Part shown: one piece after another, positions 40,038 through 54,457 of the stretch
Position numbering within the stretch: the stretch's first letter is position 1
Layout: each line of letters begins with the position of its first letter
Source: Eledone cirrhosa
Taxonomy: Eukaryota
Direction of reading: 5' to 3'
Assembly (NCBI GenBank): GCA_964016885.1
Contig: OZ024746.1
Coordinates: 21,452,001 to 21,516,000, forward strand
DNA length: 64,000 nt
Translations under genes and position numbers: made by a program
The notes under the pieces: model-generated
Seen by the model: the letters and a program-made list of their open reading frames with translations, nothing else
Database searches by the model: none
Told to the model about the DNA's origin: nothing

Positions 40038-41080
40038 GTAAGTATATTTTGACATTTGTATTTGTATGTATATATTTGTATACTCATTGCGTTTCTCAGA
40101 CCTTTAGTTTTACATTACTCTGTATTTACTATTGTATTTTGTGGTAACAGCTTTATCTCACATATTCTTGAATCTGCCAAGATTTTGATATTATTTATTT
40201 TGAAAATGATATCTTAACTCTGGTATGAATGGCTGGTTACAGCCAGTTTGAACAGAAAAGGGGGAATTTTGACTGGATATGGCCAGTTTAAATGCTAAAA
40301 TGTTTAAGATGGTTAATAATACAGTTTATAAACATACTTTGTATAGAGCCTATCTTTTGACTTCCAGATGAAATGCACTACATTATATATTTTTAATACA
40401 TTCAGGGTAAAGAATGAGTTTTAAAAATTCCATTATTTTTTATCTATATATATACACATATCTGTGTTCATTTATCTTCTGTAGAAGTATGCATAAGAAA
40501 TGATGATGTAGATGTATATAAAAGTGTGTGGGGCGTGAGTCAGGGGAGCATGTGCATAAGTGTGGTATTTGTTTCTATACATATGTCTTTGTATGTATGC
40601 ATAACTAAATGTGTAAGTGATTGCTACTTATTACATAGAATAATATTCATTCATAGATATATTTTTTTTACACACCTATCAGTATACGCACACCCTAACA
40701 TGTATACATAGATATAGATTAGATATACATATTAAAATAACATACACAACAAAGCAGATAAACTTATATAGATACCCATAGAGTTATACAAATATCTACA
40801 CATACTCGTATATGCATCTAGATGTGCCTTTCACTTCCCACACAAGAAATATTTCCACCTTAAACACACATGCTCATACACTCATGTACATACACATAAA
40901 CATAGGCACTACATACACACAATACTATATGCTCTGAAGAATCAGATTTACTGGTGACATAAATCTCTCCTTCGTTCCAAGTACTTCTGAAATTTTAAGT
41001 CAAAAATGTTCCATGATGTAATCAACTAATAGATTACAGGCTAATTCAATCAAGAGCTTCCTTGAAAGCTAATATCATTC

Positions 41081-41885
41081 ATCATCATCATCATCATCAC
41101 CGTTTTCCATCCGTTCTTCCACGCTAGCATGGGTTAGACGGGTTGTCCTGTTGTGGGCAGTGTCTGGTCGGCTGACCATGCCTTGCTCATACAGGAACTA
41201 ATTTTGGCTTGATTTCTACAGCTGGATGCCCTTCCTAACACCAACCTCATTTACAGTGAGTGCTGGGTGCTTTTTCCGTGGCGCCTACACGTCCACTTTA
41301 CATTGTGGGCTGGGTGCTTTTTTGCCGTGGCACCTCCATGACCACTTTGCAGTGGGAGGGTGTGGGGGCATATTGTCTATATGCTTCAGCTTGTACCCAT
41401 GGGAAGTTGGGTACTCTGTATTACTGCGTGACGCCAGAGGTCGCGGTCGTGTGTAATTGGGTAAGGTCGGCTTTTATCACCTCATCGCAGGTCTTCTTGG
41501 GTCTCCCCACTCCGCGGTTTCCATTGACTTCTAGTGCTCTGCACCTTTTTATGCAGCTGTCATCCTTCATACGCATCACATGTCCATACCAACGCAACCG
41601 CCTCTCCTGCACACAGCATTTGATTCCTCTTATGCTCAGTCTCTCTCTCAATTCATTTATGCTTTGTCATTCGCGTATATTACTATTACACATCCATCGG
41701 AGCATGCAGGCTTCGTTTCTTTCTAATCTACGTAAGTCTTCCACCTTCAGTGCCCAGGTCTCACTACCATGTAACATTGCTGTTCGGAAACACGCATCAT
41801 ACAGTCTGCCTTTCATTTTGAGGGAGAAGCCTTTTGCAGCTAGCAGTGGCAGTAGTTCCCTGAACTTAGTAGTTCCCTGAACTTA
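41081..41885 (-). mobile_element. 5'-truncated RTE LINE
   Basis: RERLSIRGIKCCVQERRLRWYGHVMRMKDDSCIKRC...GRPKKT is homologous to 6088-6666. (GAT)n tail, and a 17-bp duplication agtagttccctgaactt at the truncation point. Confidence 0.9.
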
Positions 41886-42344
41886 CATTGTGAGCATATA
41901 TACAATATATCCTGGTTTTTAGAATAGATACTCTGTATTCCTTGCATGTTGTAAGAGGTTACTAAAAGGGATGGCATCATGAAGAGCATCTGGCTGTAAA
42001 ACATTGTCTCAAATCATCCCGTCCAACCCATGCCAGCATGGGAAAGTAGATGTTATGCTAAGCAGCTGAAGTATATGATAACGTTATATCTGTATATATA
42101 TAGAATAGAAGTGGCTATGTAAATGTGTATATAAATTTACACATTTTTAGTGTAGAGACATGTAAACATGCCATGTATATGTATTTATATTTCATTGATT
42201 TGAAAATATCTGTAGATATACAAATATAATTTTGTCATACACACACACACACCGACAGACATATTTTTCATTTCATTTTTCTTTTCATTTTTACGTCCGC
42301 TTTTCCCTGCTTGCAAGGGTGGGACGGGAACTGATATATATATA

Positions 42345-42810
42345 ATTAAAAAGGAAAAGAAAATGCTGACAAATTTTTTCCAGTGAAAAATAGTTTAATT
42401 AGGAATAAGTATAAATTAGTAATAAGTATTGGTTAGTATTCAGTTTTAGTTTTAAGTTTTTACCGGTTGCGCATTTCTAATGCTTTTCAAAAATAATTTT
42501 GAGATAGAGCGCCCGCGATGTTTGCTCTAATCTGATTAGAGCAAACATCACGAGCAAACATTAGAGCAAACATTAGAGCAAACATTAGAGCAAACATCAC
42601 GAGCGCTCTATTTCAAAATTATTTTTGAAAAGCATTAGAAATGCGCATACGGTAAAATCTTAAAACTAAAACTGAATACTAATCAATACTTATTACTAAT
42701 TTATACTTATTCCTAATTAAACTATTTTTCACTGGGAAAAATTTTTCAGCATTTTCTTTTCCTTTTTACTAATATATCACAACTCATGTGTCACACCTCT
42801 ATTTTTTAAT
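42345..42810 (+). mobile_element. Fold-back element (about 185-bp arms plus tail) with internal 13-bp tandem repeat; Penelope-like end
   Basis: Left arm 42349-42530 pairs with the right arm ending about 42767. The centre has a repeated ttagagcaaacat unit, and GAAATGCGCATA (hammerhead 3' half) is at 42638-42649. Confidence 0.6.
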
Positions 42811-42829
42811 ATATATATATATATCTATC

Positions 42830-43158
42830 TATCTAAGGCGGGTAAAATTCCCGAGATCCATGGACGAGTTCTCTCCAGCGGTCTCTGTCCCTCATTATCA
42901 CTGCCATATCCTGCATCTCCAACAGACCAGTGTCTGTCCTTAGGGCATCAACATATGTTAACCTTGGTCTTCCTCTTCTAGTGTGTCCATGTAGGGGCTC
43001 CCAAAGGAGCACTGAGTGCAATGTCAACTCTGGATGTCGGTGAGCATGTCCAGCCAACCTCAGTCTCCTCTGTGTCACTTTTGAGCTGACTTTTGGGATG
43101 CTCCCATACAGCTCTGAGTTTTTCATCCTCAGTGTATACTGATTAATGTTCAGAGCCA
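42830..43158 (-). mobile_element. 3' fragment of a different RTE/RTE-X-like LINE
   Basis: QRRLRLAGHAHRHPE...LLWEPLHGHTRRGRPRLTYVDALRTDTGL; the stop is followed directly by a tagatag/(TA)n tail. Confidence 0.8.
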
Positions 43159-43830
43159 TAATATATAAGATCAAAAGATGGTTAAAAGAGTTCCATGTAT
43201 TTTATTATGCGCATTTCAAAAACAAATATCATCATGCAATAACACTTGTGTTTTCATCAGATAAAATAGGAAGACATGATATGAAGGTTAAAAACACTTG
43301 TGGATAGTGCAGTTTTAAATCAACATATGAAAAGTAGTTTTAGATTGATGTGTGATATTGGGGAAACATTTTTTTTTTTTAGGGGGGAGGGGGAGGTTGG
43401 AAAGGATGAAAAAGAGGAGGCGATGAGAGTAAAAAGTGGAGGGGAGGAGTATAATTAGGAAGGATGAGATAGGACGAGAGATGGGTGATAGAGAGAGATA
43501 GCTTTTATAACTGAGAAAAATATATTGTTTTACATAGAGAGGTTGAAAAACCATTGGAAGATAATGTATAAATTAAAAGAATTTGAAAATTAACGAAGAG
43601 AAAAATAATGTAAAGTTAAGGTTTGTATATTGAAGGGTTTAATAATATGTGCAATGAAAAGAAATTGTTAATATGCATTAAGAATAATATTTAAGGGTTT
43701 AATAATATGTGCGATGGAAAGAAAATTTTGATATGTATTATTAAAAAAAACAAAAGTAATGTAAGTAAAGATATATTGTGAGATGAGCATGAATAAGTTA
43801 GATGAAAGTGAGAAAAAAATAATAATATAT
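43158..43830 (-). mobile_element. Non-folded copy of the 4961-5285 Penelope-like end plus presumed upstream UTR
   Basis: 43160-43324 matches 4961-5129 and then continues into different purine-rich (+ strand) sequence instead of folding back. The right boundary is approximate. Confidence 0.6.
43200..43266 (-). ncRNA. Type I hammerhead ribozyme, same family as 5177-5243
   Basis: Identical core, stem I and stem III. Two A>G changes in stem II convert A-U pairs to G-U pairs. Confidence 0.85.
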
Positions 43831-43879
43831 ATATATATATATAATATATAATAATAATATATATATATAGATATATATA

Positions 43880-43958
43880 TACAAGGTGTCCAAAAGAATG
43901 TATGCATACTTTGATTAGAAAGGTGTTGAAGTGTGTATACATTTTTGGTGGGACACCT

Positions 43959-43962
<4 letters not shown>
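43880..43962. mobile_element. Tc1/mariner-type mini-MITE (TIR-only hairpin) in (TA)n
   Basis: tacaaggtgtcc...tgtat / atacattttt...ggacaccttgta inverted termini with TA flanks. Confidence 0.7.
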
Positions 43963-44007
<45 letters not shown>

Positions 44008-44264
44008 GAGTGTGTTTAAAGAGCAGCGAGTGAAGTTTGAAACAGAAGAATAAGGCTTTGCTGTAACATTTGACTGAATGAAATAGTCTAATAATGGGGT
44101 GTATAAACCCACTGAATGGAAAAAGATGGTTATCAGCACAGCTTTTTCCATTCAGTGGGTTTATACACTGCATTATGAGATTAGATTATTTAGTCACAAT
44201 GTTATGGTGAAGCCTTATATTTCTATTTCAATATACATGCATATATAGATATATATATATATAT

Positions 44265-44336
<72 letters not shown>

Positions 44337-45571
44337 TTTGTTAATAATTAATTTGACATGGTGGAACTTTTCAAAAACCAGAGTTAATGCAGTGAATAGC
44401 TTTTTTCAACTATTGCATACAATAATGTATGAATAAAACTTGGAAATTAAGAATATACACTTTACAAGACTCCATTTCTGAAGAGAAAGGATGGGAACAA
44501 AAAATGTTATGGGGGGCTGCACTTCCTCCTGTGACTAAGCTATTAAAAATAAGAGCATCTTATTGAGGAAACTAGCAAACATAGTAAAAGCATGGTAAAA
44601 TCAGTGTGTAATCTTTTGCGTGCAATATTATGTTCAATTCTCTTGTAGAATGGACTTAACTTGGATACACTCCAAGAGAATGCATTCTTTGAAGGTGCTC
44701 ATATAAGCAAATTGGCTATAAGACTCACTCAAAAAGGAAGGTAGAATAATGATATATTGAAAGTGGGTTAATGATGTTGGCTTCAGTAGAAGTGGTATAC
44801 AGGAAAGGCCAATAATTGCAGATTGTTGCACAGGAAATACATACTAACAAAAGCTTTTATTTGGATGCAATCGGAAATGTTTATGTATGCTCATGAGTAG
44901 CTTCAGAAGATAAGAACATTTAACTTTTTCTGCAAAAGTTAGGGTTCTGGCAACCACAAAATACTTAACAATTTTACATCATTCATTTACTAAGTGGGGT
45001 GGAGCTCATCAAATCAGACCAAGGAAACAATGTTTCAATTGATCTTTGCATTGCTAATGCTATCTACTTGTCTCAACTCCTGGCAGAAAAAGCAACAGGA
45101 AATAAAATGTCTTACTCAAGGACATAATACATTGCCCAGTCTGGGAATAAAACAGACAACCTCACAATTGTAAATCCAATTCTCTAACCACTAAGCCTTC
45201 ACAATGTTAAAGAAATCTATTTCATAATTTTCAGGAACCAGAATTACTACATTGATAGCATTTCCATTAAACATATTAACCTTAGACACATTACAACTCA
45301 TATATAAATAAATAGAAATATATATATATATATATTTATTTATTTTTGACATCCTATTACCTCACTCTAATGCACATATTCACACACAGACAAATACACA
45401 GACAAATATTTATACATAAATTCTAAAGAGACTACATCATTCTCCAATAAGTGGCATATCTATATATTAATTTTTTTACCATTCTGAGAATCTAGACCTG
45501 ATGCTATTAATTTAGCTGATGTATCTTTTAGAATAAATTAAGGAAGGCTGTTTTTTCATTCACATCTGCAG

Positions 45572-45775
45572 TATACAGGGGTCAACAGAAAAGTTCAAGG
45601 CTGACCAAGATACTCTCATGGAATGACAAAATGAGGTTTATTTTTCAATGTAGTCTCTAGAAAGAAACAATGCAGTTATTAATAAGAAAAGTTAAAATTA
45701 ATGCTTGCAAGATTTCACAGTACTAACATCACCCCTTCATACTCAGCCTATGGAATTTTCAGCTGATACTCTTAA
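45572..45775. mobile_element. Mariner-derived MITE; second copy at about 50275-50457
   Basis: tacaggggtcaacagaaaagttcaaggctgac ... cagcctatggaattttcagctga inverted termini, with internal sequence shared with the 50275 copy. Confidence 0.7.
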
Positions 45776-46011
45776 GTTCAAACCCACAAATAATTAAATT
45801 TTTTTCTGCTTCCATTTACCTCTGAGGGGGAATGTACTAGGCTACATGTTTTTATTAATGGCAGTAAAAGAGACAGAAAATTCTTTAACATAAATAAATT
45901 AGCAGAAATTTTAAAATGAGATCTTTGTGTTTCCTCCAAAATATTTTTTTTATTCATATTTCTTTTATTACATCTTTTTTCTATTTTTATGTTTCACTCA
46001 CTACAAATATA

Positions 46012-46043
46012 TTATTGTTGTTGTTGTTGCTGCTGCAGTTTAT

Positions 46044-46088
<45 letters not shown>

Positions 46089-46218
46089 ATGGTGATTGGG
46101 ATGGTGGTTAAGGTGATAGTAGTAATGGTGGTGGTGATAGTAGTAGTAGCAGTAGTAGTAGTAATTGCAGCAGCAACAGTAGTAGTAGTTGTATTGTGCT
46201 GGTTGATGGTGATATTGT
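46012..46218. repeat. (GTA/GTG/GTT)n trinucleotide tract
   Basis: Direct inspection. Confidence 0.9.
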
Positions 46219-46504
46219 AAGAATACTTTCACTTATAGTAAAATGAAGAATTGAATCCAAATCATGTATTGGAGCTTAGGTGCACTTTTGTTTTGGCAAC
46301 GGAACAAAATGATAGCAGAGCATTGTTATCAAGTAATGGGATATTCATATTTACCTCACATTGCATTGTGTTTGCTATCTATTAGTTGCATATGAGTGTA
46401 CATTAGTATTTTATGTATTCTTATCTGTACCTATATATATATATATTATGGAATACTGTTGGCTTTTTGCTACAATATTTTCTATACCTTTCATTTATAT
46501 ATAT

Positions 46505-46553
46505 GTTTCAGAAGATCCCGTTAAGGGTGAAAGCAGCGATTCTTTGCTTAAAC
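46505..46553 (+). ncRNA. Degenerate hammerhead ribozyme (U4>A)
   Basis: gttt CAGAAGA t-ccc-gttaa-ggg-t GAAA gcag-cgattct-ttgc TT aaac: all three stems form, but the core has CAGA instead of CTGA. Confidence 0.55.
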
Positions 46554-46573
46554 TTTAATCTGTTATTTTAATA

Positions 46574-46650
<77 letters not shown>

Positions 46651-46832
46651 ATAAAGTATATATCCCTACACGCAAAAAACGTATAGGGACACATGTATTA
46701 TCCAACCATATGCCAATGTGGTTCTATGGCAGGTTAATAAATTAACGAGCCAGAACATATATAATCAAGGTTTAGCAAATAAGAAAAAGTTTCAAAATAA
46801 ATTTCACAAAATTCACTCTACTTACTATGGTT

Positions 46833-46917
46833 ACCTTTACCGAAACGGTTTCGAGTCTCAAAAATATGGATAGTCCTTGCGGGTCTCCATTGAAAAGATA
46901 AACTCTCGTCAGAAGGT
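46833..46917 (-). ncRNA. Type I hammerhead ribozyme (mirror copy of 47361-47445)
   Basis: Reverse complement of the + strand motif, in the left arm. Confidence 0.88.
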
Positions 46918-47360
46918 TCTTTTCACTCGGAGAATATAAAATTCCCGAGTTCAAATTACGAACTGGCGCTATTCAAAATTGTTCCCAAGATGAGAATGAA
47001 TGATGTGGAAGCAATTCTGTCCAGTGTCGTGTGCAAAGATAGAAGGCAGAGGCAGGGAGGTCAATATACCACCACATTGGCATATGGTTGGATAATACAT
47101 GTGTCCCTATACGTTTTTTGCCTGTAGGGATATATACTTTATTATTATTAATCTCTCCCTGGTCGAGATAAAATTTTGTTGTTTTGGCTGCTGCTATTTA
47201 TAGTGGTGGTAGATTGACCTCTCTGCCTCTGCCTTCTATCTTTGCACACGGCACTGGACAGAATTGCTTCCACATCATTCATTCTCATCTCAGGAACAAT
47301 TTTGAATAGCGCCAATTCGTAATTCGAACTTGGGAATTTTATATTCTCCGAGTGAAAAGA

Positions 47361-47445
47361 ACCTTCTGACGAGAGTTTATCTTTTCAATGGAGACCCGCA
47401 AGGACTATCCATATTTTTGAGACTCGAAACCGTTTCGGTAAAGGT
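47361..47445 (+). ncRNA. Type I hammerhead ribozyme, full core, sense to the host gene
   Basis: acctt CTGACGA gagttt...gagactc GAAA ccg-ttt-cgg TA aaggt. Extended stem II is capped by tgga..cc-GCAA-gg..tcca (GNRA loop). Predicted cleavage after GUA at 47440. Confidence 0.88.
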
Positions 47446-47512
47446 AACCATAGTAAGTCCAGTGAATTTTTTGAAATTTATTTTGAAACTTTTTCTTATT
47501 TGCTAAACCTTG

Positions 47513-49391
<1,879 letters not shown>

Positions 49392-51844
49392 TTTCTGTTC
49401 ATCTTTATTAGCTCCATTGGTATTAAAGATGTTATTCAGCTGGCCCTTAAAATGAAGAAGCACACATACACATATGCATTGCCACACATTGACCGCATAG
49501 TCATACATATATACATAGACACACAAAAGCCAATAAATAAATATTTGTAATAAAATAAACATACAAAAATAACAAACAAAAGAAGCATTTATTATAGACT
49601 TATGGTATTGAATAATATGTTTCCAACTGAATGTAGATATAGTTGAGGTATGGAACAGTGTATGTATGTATATCTATGTGTGTGTGTGTGTATATGTATG
49701 AATGTATCTCTGTATATATATATATCTGTCTATCTATTTATCTATGTATATATGAAGTTATGTATGTATGTGTGTTTGTAAGTATGTTTGTATGTATGTT
49801 TGTATGCATATGTGTTTGTATGTAAGCAGGTAGGTATGTATGTCGGTGTGGTAGATAGGTACTTTGTTTTTTGGCTACTGTATAGTATACACTTAGGGTA
49901 GGCTACATTGCTTTGTACTTTAAAAGAATTGTAGAAATCTCACAGTAAGCTATTTGAATTGTTGCTTTTTCTTGTTGTTTAGCCCAAGGTCAGCAGCAAT
50001 CAATCAGACCTATTGTTAAAAGTGCTCAAGTTATGATTATTTTATCTTTTTGTATATCAAGAACTGCAGTATATGTTTCTTTATTCAAGATGGTACTGTT
50101 TAATATGAAAGAGATTTGTCTGCTCGTCCTAGCAGATTATTTGTTTTACAAAAGCTTCCTCATTGGATTGTTGCATTCTAGATAATTGATTTAAATGTGG
50201 TAGAGTGGGCTTTTTAGGGACATTTGGTTTTTAATCCTAACACATTGAGCAACTACAAACAAAGTTATTAAGGTTACAGTGGTCAACTGAGAAGTTCATA
50301 GGCTGACCAAGTTAGTCTCATGGAATGATCAAATGAGATTTATTTTTCAACATAGTCCCTGGAAAAATCATTAGTTATTAATAAGAAGAGTTAAAATCAA
50401 TGCATGCAAGATTTTACAGCTCTAGCTTCACTCCTTCATAGTCAGCCTACCCTTGTATATCCAGTTGCAATGCATTAAATACATCCAATATGACTGGGCC
50501 TTGATAAATGTCCATAAGCAATAATTTCTTTGTAACCATTTCTATCAGTATCATATGAAATTGAGCCAGGTATGATTGAATGAAACTATTTCACATCCCT
50601 TGTAATTACTTAAGGCAGTGAATTGGCCGAGTCTTTAGAAGGTTGAATAGAATGCTTTGTGATATTCATTCTAGCTCTCTCTTCTCTGAATTCAAATCTT
50701 GCTGAGGTCAACTTTGCCTTTCATCTTTTCGAGGTCGATAAAAAAAATGTACCAGTTTGGTATTGGGGTTGATTCTTTCTCTATATCGCTTTCTCACTTT
50801 CATTCTCTCACTCTCTATCCTTCTGTGGAAGAAATCTGCTGTACTCAGGCCTGGTGATAGTTTGGCTCTGCCAGGCTGAAAATTCCTAAGAAATGCTGTA
50901 TGACAATATGACACCCCAATGACTCCCTTGGGAATTACTGGGCCATAGAATACCATATACTTAACTTGAAGAAAGATAAATATCACAAACACTTTATTTT
51001 ATTTCCCCTTCTTCATTATTCATTTAGCTATTGTACCATAATGTTTCATAAGCTATTAGCGCCTTGCAAATGTTTCTCTTTATGAACTCCAAAGCTCCGA
51101 TTACTAACGGCTAAAGGAAATATCTGCTCATACAACAGTGATTTGGTTTCTCTGTGTTACTTATTTACATATTTGGTAAAGTGAACAAACTTTTAAAGCA
51201 TTGCTCTTTATTTGGTAGACTGACTCTAAAACCAATTTACTCAATCAGGTGTAACACTTGATTCTATATACTTAATTATTCTATGTCAATCTTTCAGCTC
51301 TATAATGCAACATTTGTCAATTATTCACTTCATCCACTATTTACTATGCTAACTGTACCTCTTTATAGTATATACATACATAGCATTGAATATCACCAGT
51401 GGTTAGATATTGGTAATTGACTTCTTAATGTGGTTACCTAATTCTCTTGTGGAATCCATGTACAACCCAGCTGAGATATACTAAAAGTTGGCTAATAATA
51501 AACGTTCAGTTCACCTTTTTGTGCACTATATATTGTAGTCATGTGTGTTCAGCACTCACTAATCCATTATTTCCTGTATTCCAGCTCTTAAATGTTTTCT
51601 TCGTTCTAATACTAAACAATACTTAATAAAACTAGATGCTACTATCTATGTACATATTCAGCCATTTTACCATAGGTGCAGGGATCAGACAGTGCATAGA
51701 GTATGCACATCAGAAAGAGGGTAATTCATATATCCTTCAAAATTCAGTATATCATACAAGATGATAGTGTATGATTTGAGGGAGATTTAGCTGCTATTCC
51801 TCACATGTTGAGCAACTGTATAGGGGTTCCTCAATAGTTATGTG

Positions 51845-52090
51845 GTTAGAATGTTTCAGGAAAGAATCACTGGACAGATTTTATGGGCAAAACCAACTGG
51901 TAGGAGACCCAGGGTTAGAACCTGAGCAAAATGACCGGATAACATCCCTGAGCTTTGCTGGTCATGCTTGGGGATCAAACTTGATCAATTAGAAATGGTT
52001 GTTTCTGACAGGACCCACTGGAATGTGTGTTTGAGGACTCTGCCCCAATTACCCTCCCCAGGACTACGTGGGTGGAAAAGAAGAAAAACA
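51845..52090 (+). mobile_element. Old RTE-like LINE 3' fragment; related copy at about 36490-36730
   Basis: Shared tggacagattttatgggcaaaac...cccaggg...ggataacatcc, translating to QILWAKPTGRRPR-like C-terminal residues. Confidence 0.55.
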
Positions 52091-54168
52091 AAAGAAGAAA
52101 ACAGCAAATCATTTCAGTCGTCACATATTGAACTAATTATATATGGGTATCCATAGTTATGTGGACTTCTGATTAGGTGGTCAAACTCCTGATTATAATA
52201 TTGTAGCTTTGATTCTTAAACTAGATGGCACATTGTGTCTTTAAGTAAGGCACTTCATTTCAGATTGTCCCACATTCACTCAACTGAAAATTTGTACTAA
52301 CAAATGCAGCAACTGAGAGTTAATCTTATGATGGATTGGCACCCCATCCAGGGAAAAGTATTCTACTTTCAGTTGCTTAGCATCACATGAAACAAGGGTA
52401 GACTTTGGTTTGATGAGCCTCTAGCCTCAAAGAAGTCTTTTGATTCACTATAGTCTTTTGATTCACTACTACAAAATAATACATTTAATGACAACATTAA
52501 CAATATACTCTGTATCTGATTGTCTTTTGTCAAGAAATATTATTATTTTTAATTTAAAGGCATTAATTGATATTCTATGCAAGTATTCGCTAAGTAGACA
52601 TTTATTGTTCTTCATTTTCAAACAATAGATTCACTAGCTAACAATAATATTATATTGAAACATCACTAAGGGATTGAAAGAAAGGTTCCTCCTTCTATAA
52701 ACCAAGCAATTAACAGTATGTATGAAACACAAGTTCATAGAGTGTGCACATCAGAAATAAAATAGTTAAATGTTTGGTTAAAGTAAAGTATTCACTTTTA
52801 ATTAATTTTGAACAACGAATATGTCTTATTTGTGACAGAAAATAGAGTATATATTCATTGAAATTAACTTATTTTATAATACTGGTAGGTGGTAAATTGG
52901 CAGTCATTAGGGGATCATACTACATTCATTTTAATTAAGGCTCTCTGCACTCTGAGTGCAAATCTCACCAAGGTCAACTTCATTTCACATCTCCTTTGGA
53001 TCGATAATTAAAATGCCTGTTAAGTACTTGAAATGATTCTTCTTCAGTCTGTCTGTTTGTCTTATTCTCTGGAAGCAATCAGCTATAAGACTTGGAGAAT
53101 GATAGGGTCCACTAGGTTTTGATGCTCAAAACCCGCCATATGTAACAAGAATACTCCTATGACAGCATCAGAAGTTAAAGGTTGAAGATAAGTTTATTAC
53201 TGATAATTATTCTATTGAGACTCGTGGAGGAGATATGATGTTGATTCTGACATATTCTCAACTTAGAATAATAAGGTACCAACCTCGATAGAATTTTTTT
53301 TCCAATGTTATGTCTTATCTGTATCTACTACACTTAGTATGTGATAATGTTATTTTGGCCAATTAAATTAACCCCTAATGTATTGTAGGTTCTTATCTCA
53401 GAAAATGTAAAAGAGAAACCTCATTTCTAGATTTGAATTCAGAATAATAAAATAGAGAGATGAAATTAAATAGTTGTTATCGCCTAAAGTGTTTTCTATC
53501 ATAGCTGTGAGGCCATGAAAGTTTTGTGAGTAAATGTGGTTGTCAGGAACTGTATGGAAGTCTGTTGGAGAGATTGTTCCTGTTCTTGAGAGGTTACCTT
53601 GAGAGGTAACCTTAACCTGAATGGCTTAACACCATTACCTGATCTTTCCAAAGACAATATAATAATGTTAAAAACCTTTGATTCAAATCTCCAGTCTGTG
53701 GATAAAATGGTAGTGTCTTTCATCCCCTGGCTAAATGACACAAGTATTGACATAACATTCATCTTTATTGCAAAGGACAACCTCTCTAAAGTTGATAACA
53801 CAATTAAATGCATCTACATTTCTCTGTAACGTTGATGGTGATAGGAAGGGTATCCTGCCATAGAAACCATGCAAACATTAAATACTGGATTAAGACATGG
53901 ACTCTACTACCTACACCAAAAGCTACCCATTTAGAGGGGATGCACAGTAAATTTGAATAAGAGGTGATACAGGGTAGAATGGACTCTTTAGTCATCCTTG
54001 CATAGGACAACATCTCTAGTGCTGGTGGTATGAGAAAATATACTTTTGTCATACGTTAGAAAGTTGGCCAGTTTTCTCTGTTGCTATGTATTTAAGATGA
54101 TGGCATAATTACGCACAGACAAACACAAATATTATATACATATATATGTATGTATATGTGTGTGTGTA

Positions 54169-54214
<46 letters not shown>

Positions 54215-54421
54215 TGCACACACACACATTAGTTTATGAAGGTCACCAAATTCATTTCAGCAAGCTCTGGCCACCACTCATTTACTCAATGAGCTAATGA
54301 GGTAATATATATGCTAATGAACTAATATATATGTAAAACTCAACAAGGAAAACAACACAGGAGAACAATACTGTACAAGGATGATATATAATAGTTTAGC
54401 ACTTGATATAATAGGAAACTT

Positions 54422-54457
54422 TCTTAACGTTTTGGACATTAACCCTTCATCAGAAGA
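54422..54457 (-). ncRNA. Degenerate minimal hammerhead (G12>A) in a Penelope-like end remnant
   Basis: Minus strand reads tctt CTGATGA a-ggg-ttaatg-tcc AAAA cg TT aaga. This fits the CTGATGAAGGG...CCGAAACGTT minimal form with CpG decay. Confidence 0.6.

Larger units (their letters stand above)
46647..47519. mobile_element. Composite Penelope-like fold-back with interleaved inverted repeats
   Basis: Arm B (46757-47066) is inverted at about 47211-47519, and arm A (46647-46722) is inverted at about 47071-47146. (TA)n flanks; one hammerhead in each B arm. Confidence 0.75.

Noticed and set aside
40930-40970. ctgaaga-atcag/ctggt-gaca hammerhead-like motif
   Set aside because: No GAAA, stem III or stem I complement.
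45927-46232. Poly-Val membrane-like ORF; likewise the poly-Asn ORF at 60479-60703
   Set aside because: Trinucleotide repeats.
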